Source: Bdellovibrionota bacterium FG-1 (GTDB taxonomy: Bacteria; Bdellovibrionota; UBA1018). Taken from it: a stretch of DNA of 20,308 nucleotides. The notes under the pieces were generated by a model. The model was not told the origin of the DNA and ran no database searches. It worked only from the letters and a program-made list of their open reading frames with translations. Shown piece after piece: positions 1 through 6,582 of the stretch (the stretch's first letter is position 1; each line of letters opens with the position of its first letter). Position numbers and translations under genes: made by a program. The DNA is taken from NCBI GenBank assembly GCA_051382295.1, contig JBBCAW010000157.1:1-20308 (forward strand), given 5' to 3'.

Positions 1-3
1 GTC

Positions 4-33
4 TTGACAGGGGGGGGCGGACCACGTATTTAT
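4..33 (+). promoter_or_regulatory. Probable sigma70-type promoter for tRNA-His
   Basis: Perfect -35 TTGACA at 4-9, a 17 bp spacer, then a weak AT-rich -10 TATTTA(T) at 27-33, about 17 nt upstream of the tRNA. Confidence 0.55.
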
Positions 34-49
34 GGCCAGTCTGATCCGT

Positions 50-127
50 GGTGGCCGTAGCTCAGTTGGTTAGAGCATCGGATTGTGATTCCGAGGGTCG
101 GGGGTTCAAGTCCCCTCGGTCACCCCA
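50..127 (+). tRNA. tRNA-His (anticodon GUG)
   Basis: Cloverleaf: acceptor GTGGCCG (51-57)/CGGTCAC (117-123), D arm GCTC..GAGC, anticodon stem TCGGA/TCCGA with loop TTGTGAT (GTG at 85-87), T loop TTCAAGT. It has the His-specific extra G-1 (50) opposite discriminator C (124) and an encoded CCA (125-127). Confidence 0.98.
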
Positions 128-137
128 TTTTTATAAC

Positions 138-169
138 GCCGAACTCGTGAAAACGGGTTCGGCTTTCTT
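138..169 (+). terminator. Rho-independent terminator after tRNA-His
   Basis: GCCGAACTCGT-GAAA-ACGGGTTCGGC (11 bp stem with one G-U, GAAA loop) followed by TTTCTT. Confidence 0.85.
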
Positions 170-500
170 ATCTCATCGAAATCAAAAACATAAGAAAGAG
201 AACGGGTTAGCAAGTTGCGTGTGAGGCGTTCTCACAGAGACTGACTCGAACTCACTGCGGCTCACCGATTTTAGGTGGAATTCTTGGTGGCAGCCAAGAA
301 TTCCGACTCTCGCTCCGTGGTTTCGGATTTGTACCAACTGAGCTGCATGAAATTGCAGCTCTTTTGAAAAAAATCGAGACACCTTGTCTAAGTACTGAGT
401 AGTTCTGAACTCCGCCCTTTTCGCACGGCCAAGCCGGGTGAACGGATCAATCTTTGGTCCGTAACTCAGCACATATGAACCGGGAAAGGTGGCAAACATC

Positions 501-887
501 ATGAAAACCATTCATCAAAAGAAGATCACGCAGGAGGCGATTATCCTTCGCCATATGCGACACACGCGGAAACTTTCGCTCAATCAGGCCGGGCGGCTTG
601 TAGGCATTACGGGTTCCGCCGTTGCGCACTTCGAGCAAGGCAGAACGACACTTTCGCGCGCGCGGATTGAAACATTCCTAGAGGCGTTCCGCTACACGCG
701 GGACGAGTATTTGGAGTTTTTTGACAGCGCCGCCCTGCCGATCAATCTCCGCGATGAGTGCTTGGGGATCGTCAAGCACCTGGACGATGCGAAGCTTCAG
801 GCCGTGCATTCGGTTCTGGTGAACTTCATGCCCCTGAACACGATGAGGAGCAATTCTGCGCCACGGCAACCGGCAACACTGCGATAG
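501..887 (+). CDS. XRE/Cro-C1 family helix-turn-helix transcriptional regulator
   Basis: HTH_3 pattern LRHMRHTRKLSLNQAGRLVGITGSAVAHFEQGR. ATG 501 follows AAGGTGG; GTG 489 is an alternative start. Confidence 0.88.
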   Translation: MKTIHQKKITQEAIILRHMRHTRKLSLNQAGRLVGITGSAVAHFEQGRTTLSRARIETFLEAFRYTRDEYLEFFDSAALPINLRDECLGIVKHLDDAKLQAVHSVLVNFMPLNTMRSNSAPRQPATLR

Positions 888-926
888 CCTGACGCGTCGC
901 AATACATAGTAAGGAATCAGGCTCAC

Positions 927-955
927 GGGGGCGGGTTAGATACACCCGCCCCTTT
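927..955 (+). terminator. Terminator hairpin between the convergent XRE and hypothetical genes
   Basis: GGGGCGGGT (928-936) / ACCCGCCCC (944-952), 7 nt loop, followed by TTT. Confidence 0.7.
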
Positions 956-960
956 GCCGT

Positions 961-1359
961 TTATGATGCAGACACCATCGCATCGAGGCATTCCCCGCGA
1001 AGGACGTATGTGAACAGCTCTCCGAGCTGGCGGTGAACGTCCTTCCCGCACAGCCGGTACTCGTGGAACCGCCGGGCGAGCTTATAGAGCTGGGGCGCTT
1101 CGCGCTCGCAGGATGCTTCGACCGTCCATCCGTCAAAGGGGATGCTGTCGACCAGGACGCCCGCGCAGTGGCACAGGTCCAAAGTCGAGGCGTCTAGGAA
1201 ATCGCCTGGGACTTGGCGCAGAAAGCGCACCTCGGAAGCGAGCAGTCTGTAGAGGTCGGTGGCGACGGAGTCGCACCGGCGCGTGAAGGCCGGGTCTGAG
1301 CCGTAGCGAGCATCGAATGCAGGCAGGTCGAATAGCTGGAAAAAGCTTGGAGTAGACAT
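961..1359 (-). CDS. Hypothetical protein (132 aa), cargo of module 1
   Basis: ATG with upstream AAAGGA RBS, protein-like composition, co-oriented downstream of 1402-1635. No domain recognised. Confidence 0.7.
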   Translation of the reverse strand: MSTPSFFQLFDLPAFDARYGSDPAFTRRCDSVATDLYRLLASEVRFLRQVPGDFLDASTLDLCHCAGVLVDSIPFDGWTVEASCEREAPQLYKLARRFHEYRLCGKDVHRQLGELFTYVLRGECLDAMVSAS

Positions 1360-1390
1360 CGCGGTATCCTTTCGTGCCTCGAAAAAGGGG

Positions 1391-1420
1391 GAACCCCCAG
1401 GTCAGGCGACCTGGGAGTTC
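1391..1420 (-). terminator. mRNA hairpin overlapping the stop of the 77 aa gene (terminator, attenuator or stabiliser)
   Basis: GAACCCCCAGGTC / GACCTGGGAGTTC, 13 bp. The single mismatch is a G-U pair on the minus (mRNA) strand, where the hairpin is followed by CCCCTTTTT. Confidence 0.5.
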
Positions 1421-1635
1421 ATTGCATCTTCCGCCTTCACTTTGCGAGGCGTTGGTGTGTATTCCATGCCTACGCGCGCTTTCAGGAAGTTGGTGTGGAC
1501 TGGGACGACGAGGTTGCCTGGCAGGACCAGGAAAAGCTTCGTGTAGTCCTTGCTCCAGAAGTAGCGGTCGAAGTTCAGGAAGATGAGCTTCTGTGGGACG
1601 TTTTGGGACTGTTCGTTCTTCTTGATCGTTTGCAT
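1402..1635 (-). CDS. Small hypothetical protein (77 aa) with one copy of the SK-x8-LPG...NxxK-x6-Y motif
   Basis: ATG at 1635 with GGAG RBS (AAACGGAGAAATCACATG). The motif WSKDYTKLFLVLPGNLVVPVHTNFLKARVGMEYTP matches both repeats of the 6193-6582 protein. Confidence 0.8.
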   Translation of the reverse strand: MQTIKKNEQSQNVPQKLIFLNFDRYFWSKDYTKLFLVLPGNLVVPVHTNFLKARVGMEYTPTPRKVKAEDAMNSQVA

Positions 1636-1950
1636 GTGATTTCTCCGTTTGGTTGTTATTTGGGGAAGCTCTTGTTTCATTCCCCTTACGAATTCAGTAA
1701 GGGGTGAAACCAGAGGAAGTGACTGGAGGCCTTTTTTCCGGGGTTAAAGCCGGTCTGTAGGGGCATGGATGCCCCGGAGGGCAATCTGCGTGATCAGAGC
1801 GAAGCCGCAGGCGCAGCGTCCCGTAGGGCTGGCGCGAAGATTGAGGCCCCCGGAAAAGAGGCCGGAGGGAGCGTGTACCCAAAACGCATCCAAACGGTGC
1901 AGTGGGTCCCTGGAAACGATCAAGAAGAACCACGTCGCCAAGTCAAAACA
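1600..1950 (+). promoter_or_regulatory. Long branched fold-back element 1, candidate ssDNA promoter or priming signal (Frpo/ssi-like)
   Basis: Nested inverted repeats: 1615-1631/1914-1930 (17 bp perfect), 1645-1664/1878-1897, 1728-1743/1848-1863 (15 WC + 1 G-T), and an internal hairpin at 1669-1715. It also has a cluster of cGNAg mini-hairpins. The structure is seen directly; the function is inferred. Confidence 0.65.
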
Positions 1951-2163
1951 GAGGCACCTCTCGGAACATTCCCACCACTTTTGGATCGAGGCTCCGAGCA
2001 CTTTCCGGCGTGCAGACTGTCACCGCGCGCCCTGGACGCACGACGCATCAATGCGGGCTGGCTTTGGATTACGGGCCGATGCTCAAGGTGTGGCGACGAA
2101 CAATGAACCCCCTGGACAATGAGCGGGCGAGGCTCACCACTTTCGGGCGTATCGAAAGGTACC

Positions 2164-2191
2164 CCATAACTCCGCTCTTGTGACGCCGCAT
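2164..2191 (+). repeat. Left terminal inverted repeat of the IS
   Basis: Exact reverse complement of 4155-4182. Confidence 0.93.
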
Positions 2192-2294
2192 CCAAAAAAA
2201 ACAGCTTACCTATAGTGGAAAAAGTATTTTTATTTTTGCCAAAAGGGCGAGTTTTACTTGCCCTTTAATCTGGTTAGATGCATATGTTTCATAT

Positions 2295-2654
2295 ATGGCA
2301 TCAGACAGACAGAAAACCCTACAACAACGCAGAGCACTATTTGGTCAAATGCAGGCACTTTGCCACGAACCATTGATGCGCAGCACAATATCAGAGCGCG
2401 TTCGCTGCTGCGGACGCCCTAACTGTGCGTGCGCCCGAGATCCAGAGGCGAGACATCGAGGTGAGTTTTTAACTGTGCAGCTGGATGGGCGCACCCAGGC
2501 CGTTCACGTTCGCCCCGAAGACCGGGCCTATATCAGCAAAGCGATCGCTGCCTATTCGAAGCTCTGGGATGTCATTAATGGATTGACCGCCTGTGAGCTT
2601 GCGGACCTAAAAAGACAGGCTCGTGAGCGAAAACGGGCTCGGCAGCGGATCTAA
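2295..2654 (+). CDS. DUF6788-like small Cys/His (putative Zn-binding) IS-associated protein
   Basis: LMRSTIS...CCGRPNCAC...H...LTVQLDGRTQAVHV pattern; lies inside the IS directly upstream of the transposase. Confidence 0.75.
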   Translation: MASDRQKTLQQRRALFGQMQALCHEPLMRSTISERVRCCGRPNCACARDPEARHRGEFLTVQLDGRTQAVHVRPEDRAYISKAIAAYSKLWDVINGLTACELADLKRQARERKRARQRI

Positions 2655-4049
2655 TTGGAGATGCAAACTCGTTCGAGAAAACATCCGAGACAGGGTATCC
2701 TTCCTTTCATTATGAAACAGGGCGAAGGCGATGAAGTGACCGCACGTGCAGGTTTACCATTGGTCGTGGAAACAGCCCGGGCATTGGGACTGAACACGCA
2801 AGCGCGTGAGCTGCTGGGAGCTGCACGCAGGGAGTGTGATTTTGGAGCGGACGAGAAGATTGAAGCCATTTGTACTCTGATTGCTGCTGGCGGGGATCGA
2901 ATTGAAGATATTAAAACTCTAGGCGAGGACAAAGGGCTAGTGCGGCTCATCGGACGCGAGCTTCCTTCCCCTGATGCTTTACTGGATTTTTTGAATGGCT
3001 TTCATGACCCCCGGTGCTGGGAAGCGCGACCAGCGGAAAGAAAGGCTTTTGTTCCGAAAGAGTCCGAGAAGCTGCAAGCTTTGAAGGCCATGAATCATTC
3101 AATTGTTTTGCGAGGAGCTGATGAAGGTCAGAAAGTCGCAACAATCGATCACGACGGCACAATCATTGAATCACACAAAAAAGATGCTCTGCGTGCTTAC
3201 GAAGGCACTCGTGGGTATCAGCCTCTGGTGGCCGTATGGGCCGAGGAACAGCTTATTGTTGCTGATGAATTTCGAGATGGCAATGTAGGAGGAGGGGATG
3301 ATCCACTGACATCTGCCAAATATGCGCTCGAGAATCTGCCGACTTGGGTAGAAACGAGATATTTCAGGGGAGATTCAGCATCCTATTATGCGCCACTCTT
3401 AAAATACCTCAGTCAAGATGAGATCGGTTTTTGCATTAGCGCCGATATGACTCAGGAACTTCGCAAAGCGTGCTTGGCGCTCCCGACGGAGGCATGGCTG
3501 GAGCTTGAAAAGCGAGAGCATGAGGAAGTGGTGGTTGCTGAGGTTGAATTTACGCCCGGAAACTGGCCTAAAGATGCAAAGCCCCTGCGGTATGTGGCTT
3601 TACGATTTACCCCGCTGCAGGGTGACCTCTTAGAGAAGCCCTTGCCGCGGTATCACGCGGTGGTCAGCAATCGCCTCGAAATGACCGCATCTGCATTGAT
3701 CGAATGGCATCGTGGCAAGGCGGGTACAATCGAGCATGTTCATCGAGTGATGAAGGACGAGCTGGGCGCTGGCGTCATGCCAAGTCAACATTTTGGAGCC
3801 AACGCCGCGTGGTTTCGCCTCAATGCCATCACCTTCAATCTTCTCACCGTGCTCAAACGCAAGGCACTACCCGCCCGCTATCGCTTAGCTCGTCCGAAGC
3901 GGCTGAGGTTTGAACTCTTCACGCTGCCCGGCAAAATATCCGTACACCAGAGCCAGGTCTCTGTTGCTGTTTCAGCCAACGTCGATAAGACGGCGGAAAT
4001 TATTACGGCCCGCGAACGTCTTCTGAAAATAGCTGACTCGCTGCAGTAA
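2655..4049 (+). CDS. IS1380-family DDE transposase (DDE_Tnp_1_4)
   Basis: Motifs TARAGL, IDHDGT, GYQPL, FRDGN, FRGDSA, HRGKAGTIEHVHRVMKDELG, ANAAWF. Start is TTG 2655 or ATG 2661. Confidence 0.93.
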   Translation: MEMQTRSRKHPRQGILPFIMKQGEGDEVTARAGLPLVVETARALGLNTQARELLGAARRECDFGADEKIEAICTLIAAGGDRIEDIKTLGEDKGLVRLIGRELPSPDALLDFLNGFHDPRCWEARPAERKAFVPKESEKLQALKAMNHSIVLRGADEGQKVATIDHDGTIIESHKKDALRAYEGTRGYQPLVAVWAEEQLIVADEFRDGNVGGGDDPLTSAKYALENLPTWVETRYFRGDSASYYAPLLKYLSQDEIGFCISADMTQELRKACLALPTEAWLELEKREHEEVVVAEVEFTPGNWPKDAKPLRYVALRFTPLQGDLLEKPLPRYHAVVSNRLEMTASALIEWHRGKAGTIEHVHRVMKDELGAGVMPSQHFGANAAWFRLNAITFNLLTVLKRKALPARYRLARPKRLRFELFTLPGKISVHQSQVSVAVSANVDKTAEIITARERLLKIADSLQ

Positions 4050-4154
4050 TTGCAAGTGCAGTTTCGGTGTGCGGCGGGGCGTCGACCTGGGCGTGATCTT
4101 GGCCCGAAAGTGGTAAAATTCCCTCCGCGTTTGGATGTGGGGGATTGGTGGGTA

Positions 4155-4182
4155 ATGCGGCGTCACAAGAGCGGAGTTATGG
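4155..4182 (-). repeat. Right terminal inverted repeat of the IS
   Basis: Exact reverse complement of 2164-2191. Confidence 0.93.
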
Positions 4183-4255
4183 GTACCCCTTGGATATTGC
4201 TGGACACCATCGCTTCTGATAATGTAGTGTCTAATTTCCTGAAGGGGGCATCCAA

Positions 4256-4735
4256 ATGAAGTCGGTATTCTTATCTCTGCTGTTAGTCCTAAGTGCATCG
4301 AACACATATGCTGCCGACATTCAGGGCTTCGGCGTGATTAGGGAGTTTGGGGGGAATGACAACGCCGCGATGTTCGGCCTTTTGTCGCAAAATGGCACAT
4401 TGCAGATTACGGACGTTTCCGGGCCGGCCTTTTTGGGCGGGTACCGTGTCGGCGAATTGGATCAGGTTGCCATTGATCACCTTTTCCTGAAATCCTCGAA
4501 ACCAATGGATCAGAAGGAGAAGCTGGACTTGATATCCAAGTACAATGGCGCGCAGGTAATCTACTTTGAGGGTTATACTGGGAACTTGTGTCGCTCCAAC
4601 GAAATTGAGTACGACATTAGCGCCTCTGGCAATGTCAACGGAGCACCGTTCACCGCGACAATCCAATTTATCGCCTTGCCCAATTCTTCCGGAGATTGCG
4701 GGTACCATAAATTCATTACGGTCACTCAAAGCTAA
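4256..4735 (+). CDS. Hypothetical secreted protein with a Sec signal peptide
   Basis: N-terminus MKSVFLSLLLVLSASNTYA-A, purine-rich RBS GAAGGGGG, two Cys in the mature part. Confidence 0.8.
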   Translation: MKSVFLSLLLVLSASNTYAADIQGFGVIREFGGNDNAAMFGLLSQNGTLQITDVSGPAFLGGYRVGELDQVAIDHLFLKSSKPMDQKEKLDLISKYNGAQVIYFEGYTGNLCRSNEIEYDISASGNVNGAPFTATIQFIALPNSSGDCGYHKFITVTQS

Positions 4736-4745
4736 TACTGGAACC

Positions 4746-5669
4746 TCATGATCCACCGCCTTCTGAGCTGTCGGGCGCGGCCTTCGGATCGCGGTAATCC
4801 CTCAGATCGACGTACCTGAGCCGGTACCTGAAAGTAGGTACGTCGAGCCAACGGCTGATGGTGACGGATTTTTTTGAAACCCGCACCACTTCATACCACT
4901 TGCCTCCATAGTTGACGGCAAATCCAATTTTGACATTCTCGGCACTCGCGACGCGTTGGCCTGACTCCTTGAGTGTGCTTTCAACGACTTCAAGTCTGGC
5001 TCGCCAGTAGGCGACCTTCTCCTCGGTATCAGTGACTCGCGCCGTGTAGTCGGAATACTCCCCGGCGTGTCGTTTCAGCCGCGCGAGATATGTTTCGCCT
5101 TCCTCGATCCGATTCATGATGTAGCTGCGGTCCTGTGTGATCCGCCGGGAATCACGTTCAAGGTTGGCAGCCCGATTCGAGAAGTAATCAGCCTTCTTGT
5201 CCTCTTCGATCGACATTCGCATGTGCGAGTCGATTCGTTCGATGTCGCGGCGATGCCGCCTCTCGGAATGGTGGCCGACCAAGATCGGTTGTCCCATCGG
5301 GATAAACCGCCCGATCTCGTGCGCTGAATGAGACCTGGCATCAGCGCGGGCCTGCGCGTTCTCGGAGTAATCCGCGTAACGCTCCGCTCGCTCCAGCTTC
5401 CGTTCGCACTTTGCCTCGACCTGCTCGGCAAATGACTGGCGTCCGACCTTGTTGATTGCCTCAAGAAGCTCGTCGCTTGGATTATTCCAAAAGCTCCACT
5501 GCCCTCGGAACTTCCGACCACCGAGGTCGCGAAAGGTTTCCTCAAACCCTGCGGCCTTGCCCGCGACGATGAAGACCGGACGCGGCTTCTTACCCGGCCT
5601 GGTCGGCGTCGTCATAGATTCGATGACTCTTAATCCTGCTTCTTCCAAACTACTAAATGTGGTTTCCAT
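4746..5669 (-). CDS. DUF3560 domain-containing protein
   Basis: Signature IPMGQPILVGHHSERRHRRDIERI. ATG 5669 with AAGGAG RBS (the ORF is open to 5705). Confidence 0.9.
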   Translation of the reverse strand: METTFSSLEEAGLRVIESMTTPTRPGKKPRPVFIVAGKAAGFEETFRDLGGRKFRGQWSFWNNPSDELLEAINKVGRQSFAEQVEAKCERKLERAERYADYSENAQARADARSHSAHEIGRFIPMGQPILVGHHSERRHRRDIERIDSHMRMSIEEDKKADYFSNRAANLERDSRRITQDRSYIMNRIEEGETYLARLKRHAGEYSDYTARVTDTEEKVAYWRARLEVVESTLKESGQRVASAENVKIGFAVNYGGKWYEVVRVSKKSVTISRWLDVPTFRYRLRYVDLRDYRDPKAAPDSSEGGGS

Positions 5670-5710
5670 TGATAGACTCCTTTTGAAATGAGTGCGGCTA
5701 GGCACTCGGG

Positions 5711-6097
5711 TTATTCCTGTTCCTCGTGGATCTTTTCGATGAGCGGCACCTGCGCGACGGATTTTTTGGCGCGGTTCAGGTATTCGTCGTCGAAAGATCT
5801 CAGTGATTTCTGAACAACAAGACCGGGAACCCCCGGCAGCTCCTCGACGAACATCTCGGTATCAACTTCGATCCAGCCTTCGTAGACGAGGTAGTTGTCG
5901 CGTTCAAAGACTCGAAGCTGGCGCGGGTTGCGTTTTCCCTTGAGTTTGAACGTGAGCAACATGGTTTCGCGGTGCTGCGCATAGGGCGTGATCGTCTGCT
6001 CGACCAGTTCAAGCTGTGCTTTGTACGGGAATCCGAAGTCGTTCAACTTTACGAGGGTGTATCTGTGCCCTATCTTGAGGGCCGTTAGCTCTTTCAT
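5711..6097 (-). CDS. Hypothetical protein (128 aa), cargo of module 2
   Basis: ATG with GGAG RBS; lies between the 129 aa gene and the DUF3560 gene in the same orientation. Confidence 0.8.
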   Translation of the reverse strand: MKELTALKIGHRYTLVKLNDFGFPYKAQLELVEQTITPYAQHRETMLLTFKLKGKRNPRQLRVFERDNYLVYEGWIEVDTEMFVEELPGVPGLVVQKSLRSFDDEYLNRAKKSVAQVPLIEKIHEEQE

Positions 6098-6142
6098 GTG
6101 ATGGTCTCCAATGACTGTAAAAGGTTGATGAGTGAAGAACTT

Positions 6143-6179
6143 GTCCGAGTGTCACCTGATTCGCAGGCAACACCCGGAC
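6143..6179 (-). other. Intergenic mRNA hairpin downstream of the 129 aa gene
   Basis: 16 bp stem GTCCGAGTGTCACCTG / CAGGCAACACCCGGAC. All three mismatches become G-U pairs on the minus (mRNA) strand. Confidence 0.65.
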
Positions 6180-6192
6180 GTGGTTCGATGGT

Positions 6193-6582
6193 TCACGCGA
6201 CGGCCCGCGCGACCTTCTGGTATGGGATTTTGAAGATGTGTTTGAACGCATTAATGTGATTGCTGATGCGCCCCATGTTGCCGGGCAGGTAGAGCGTCAC
6301 CCACTGGCCGTCCTTGCTGAGTCCTAGCCGGACCTTGGCGTGCATTCCCAGGCGGGGCTTGAACTCTGTCTTCTCGGTGGGAGCTTTCGGGGTGTATGGG
6401 AAACCCAGGAGCCCTTTGAAGCGATTACTAGATTCACAAACGGTGATGTCACCTGGCAAGAAGTAGTAGATGTGCTCTCCGTTCTTGCTCAGCACCGGCA
6501 TGATGCTGGTGTTGAAGCCCGTGAGTTGCCTCACGTTCTGGATCACTTCGGTCGGTGTGGATTTCTGTTCGTTCGTTTTCAT
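6193..6582 (-). CDS. Hypothetical protein (129 aa) with two tandem copies of the SK-x8-LPG...NxFK-x6-Y motif
   Basis: ATG 6582 with GGAG RBS (ATGGAGAAAAAACATG). Repeats are LSKNGEHIYYFLPGDITVCESSNRFKGLLGFPY and LSKDGQWVTLYLPGNMGRISNHINAFKHIFKIPY. Confidence 0.85.
   Translation of the reverse strand: MKTNEQKSTPTEVIQNVRQLTGFNTSIMPVLSKNGEHIYYFLPGDITVCESSNRFKGLLGFPYTPKAPTEKTEFKPRLGMHAKVRLGLSKDGQWVTLYLPGNMGRISNHINAFKHIFKIPYQKVARAVA

Larger units (their letters stand above)
2164..4182 (+). mobile_element. IS1380-family insertion sequence (about 2.0 kb) with an accessory orf
   Basis: Perfect terminal IRs CCATAACTCCGCTCTTGTGACGCCGCAT (2164-2191 / 4155-4182), flanked by direct repeat GTACC (2159-2163, 4183-4187). 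The ends are ambiguous by 1 bp (3, 5 or 7 bp DR readings are all possible). Confidence 0.92.

Noticed and set aside
10..17. G8 homopolymer as a phase-variable tract
   Set aside because: It lies in the spacer of a tRNA promoter, and a single sequence gives no evidence of length variation.
100..127. Second copy of the tRNA 3' end (att repeat) or an integrase gene within the window
   Set aside because: None found by eye; it would have to lie beyond the window.
220..236. CRP-like site TGTGA...TCACA
   Set aside because: The spacer is 7 nt rather than the canonical 6; kept only as a generic palindrome.
182..511. 109 aa minus-strand ORF
   Set aside because: No recognisable domain, and it overlaps the XRE start and promoter region.
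1636..1680. N-terminal extension of the 1402 ORF to 1680
   Set aside because: A better ATG with GGAG RBS lies at 1635; the extension is the leader shared with module 2.
1694..2195. Six overlapping ORFs of 79-117 aa
   Set aside because: Pro/Arg/Gly-rich translations typical of GC-rich structured non-coding DNA; they overlap fold-back element 1.
4289..4756. 155 aa antisense ORF, and other shadow ORFs inside the large genes
   Set aside because: Opposite-strand or alternate-frame shadows of better-supported CDSs.
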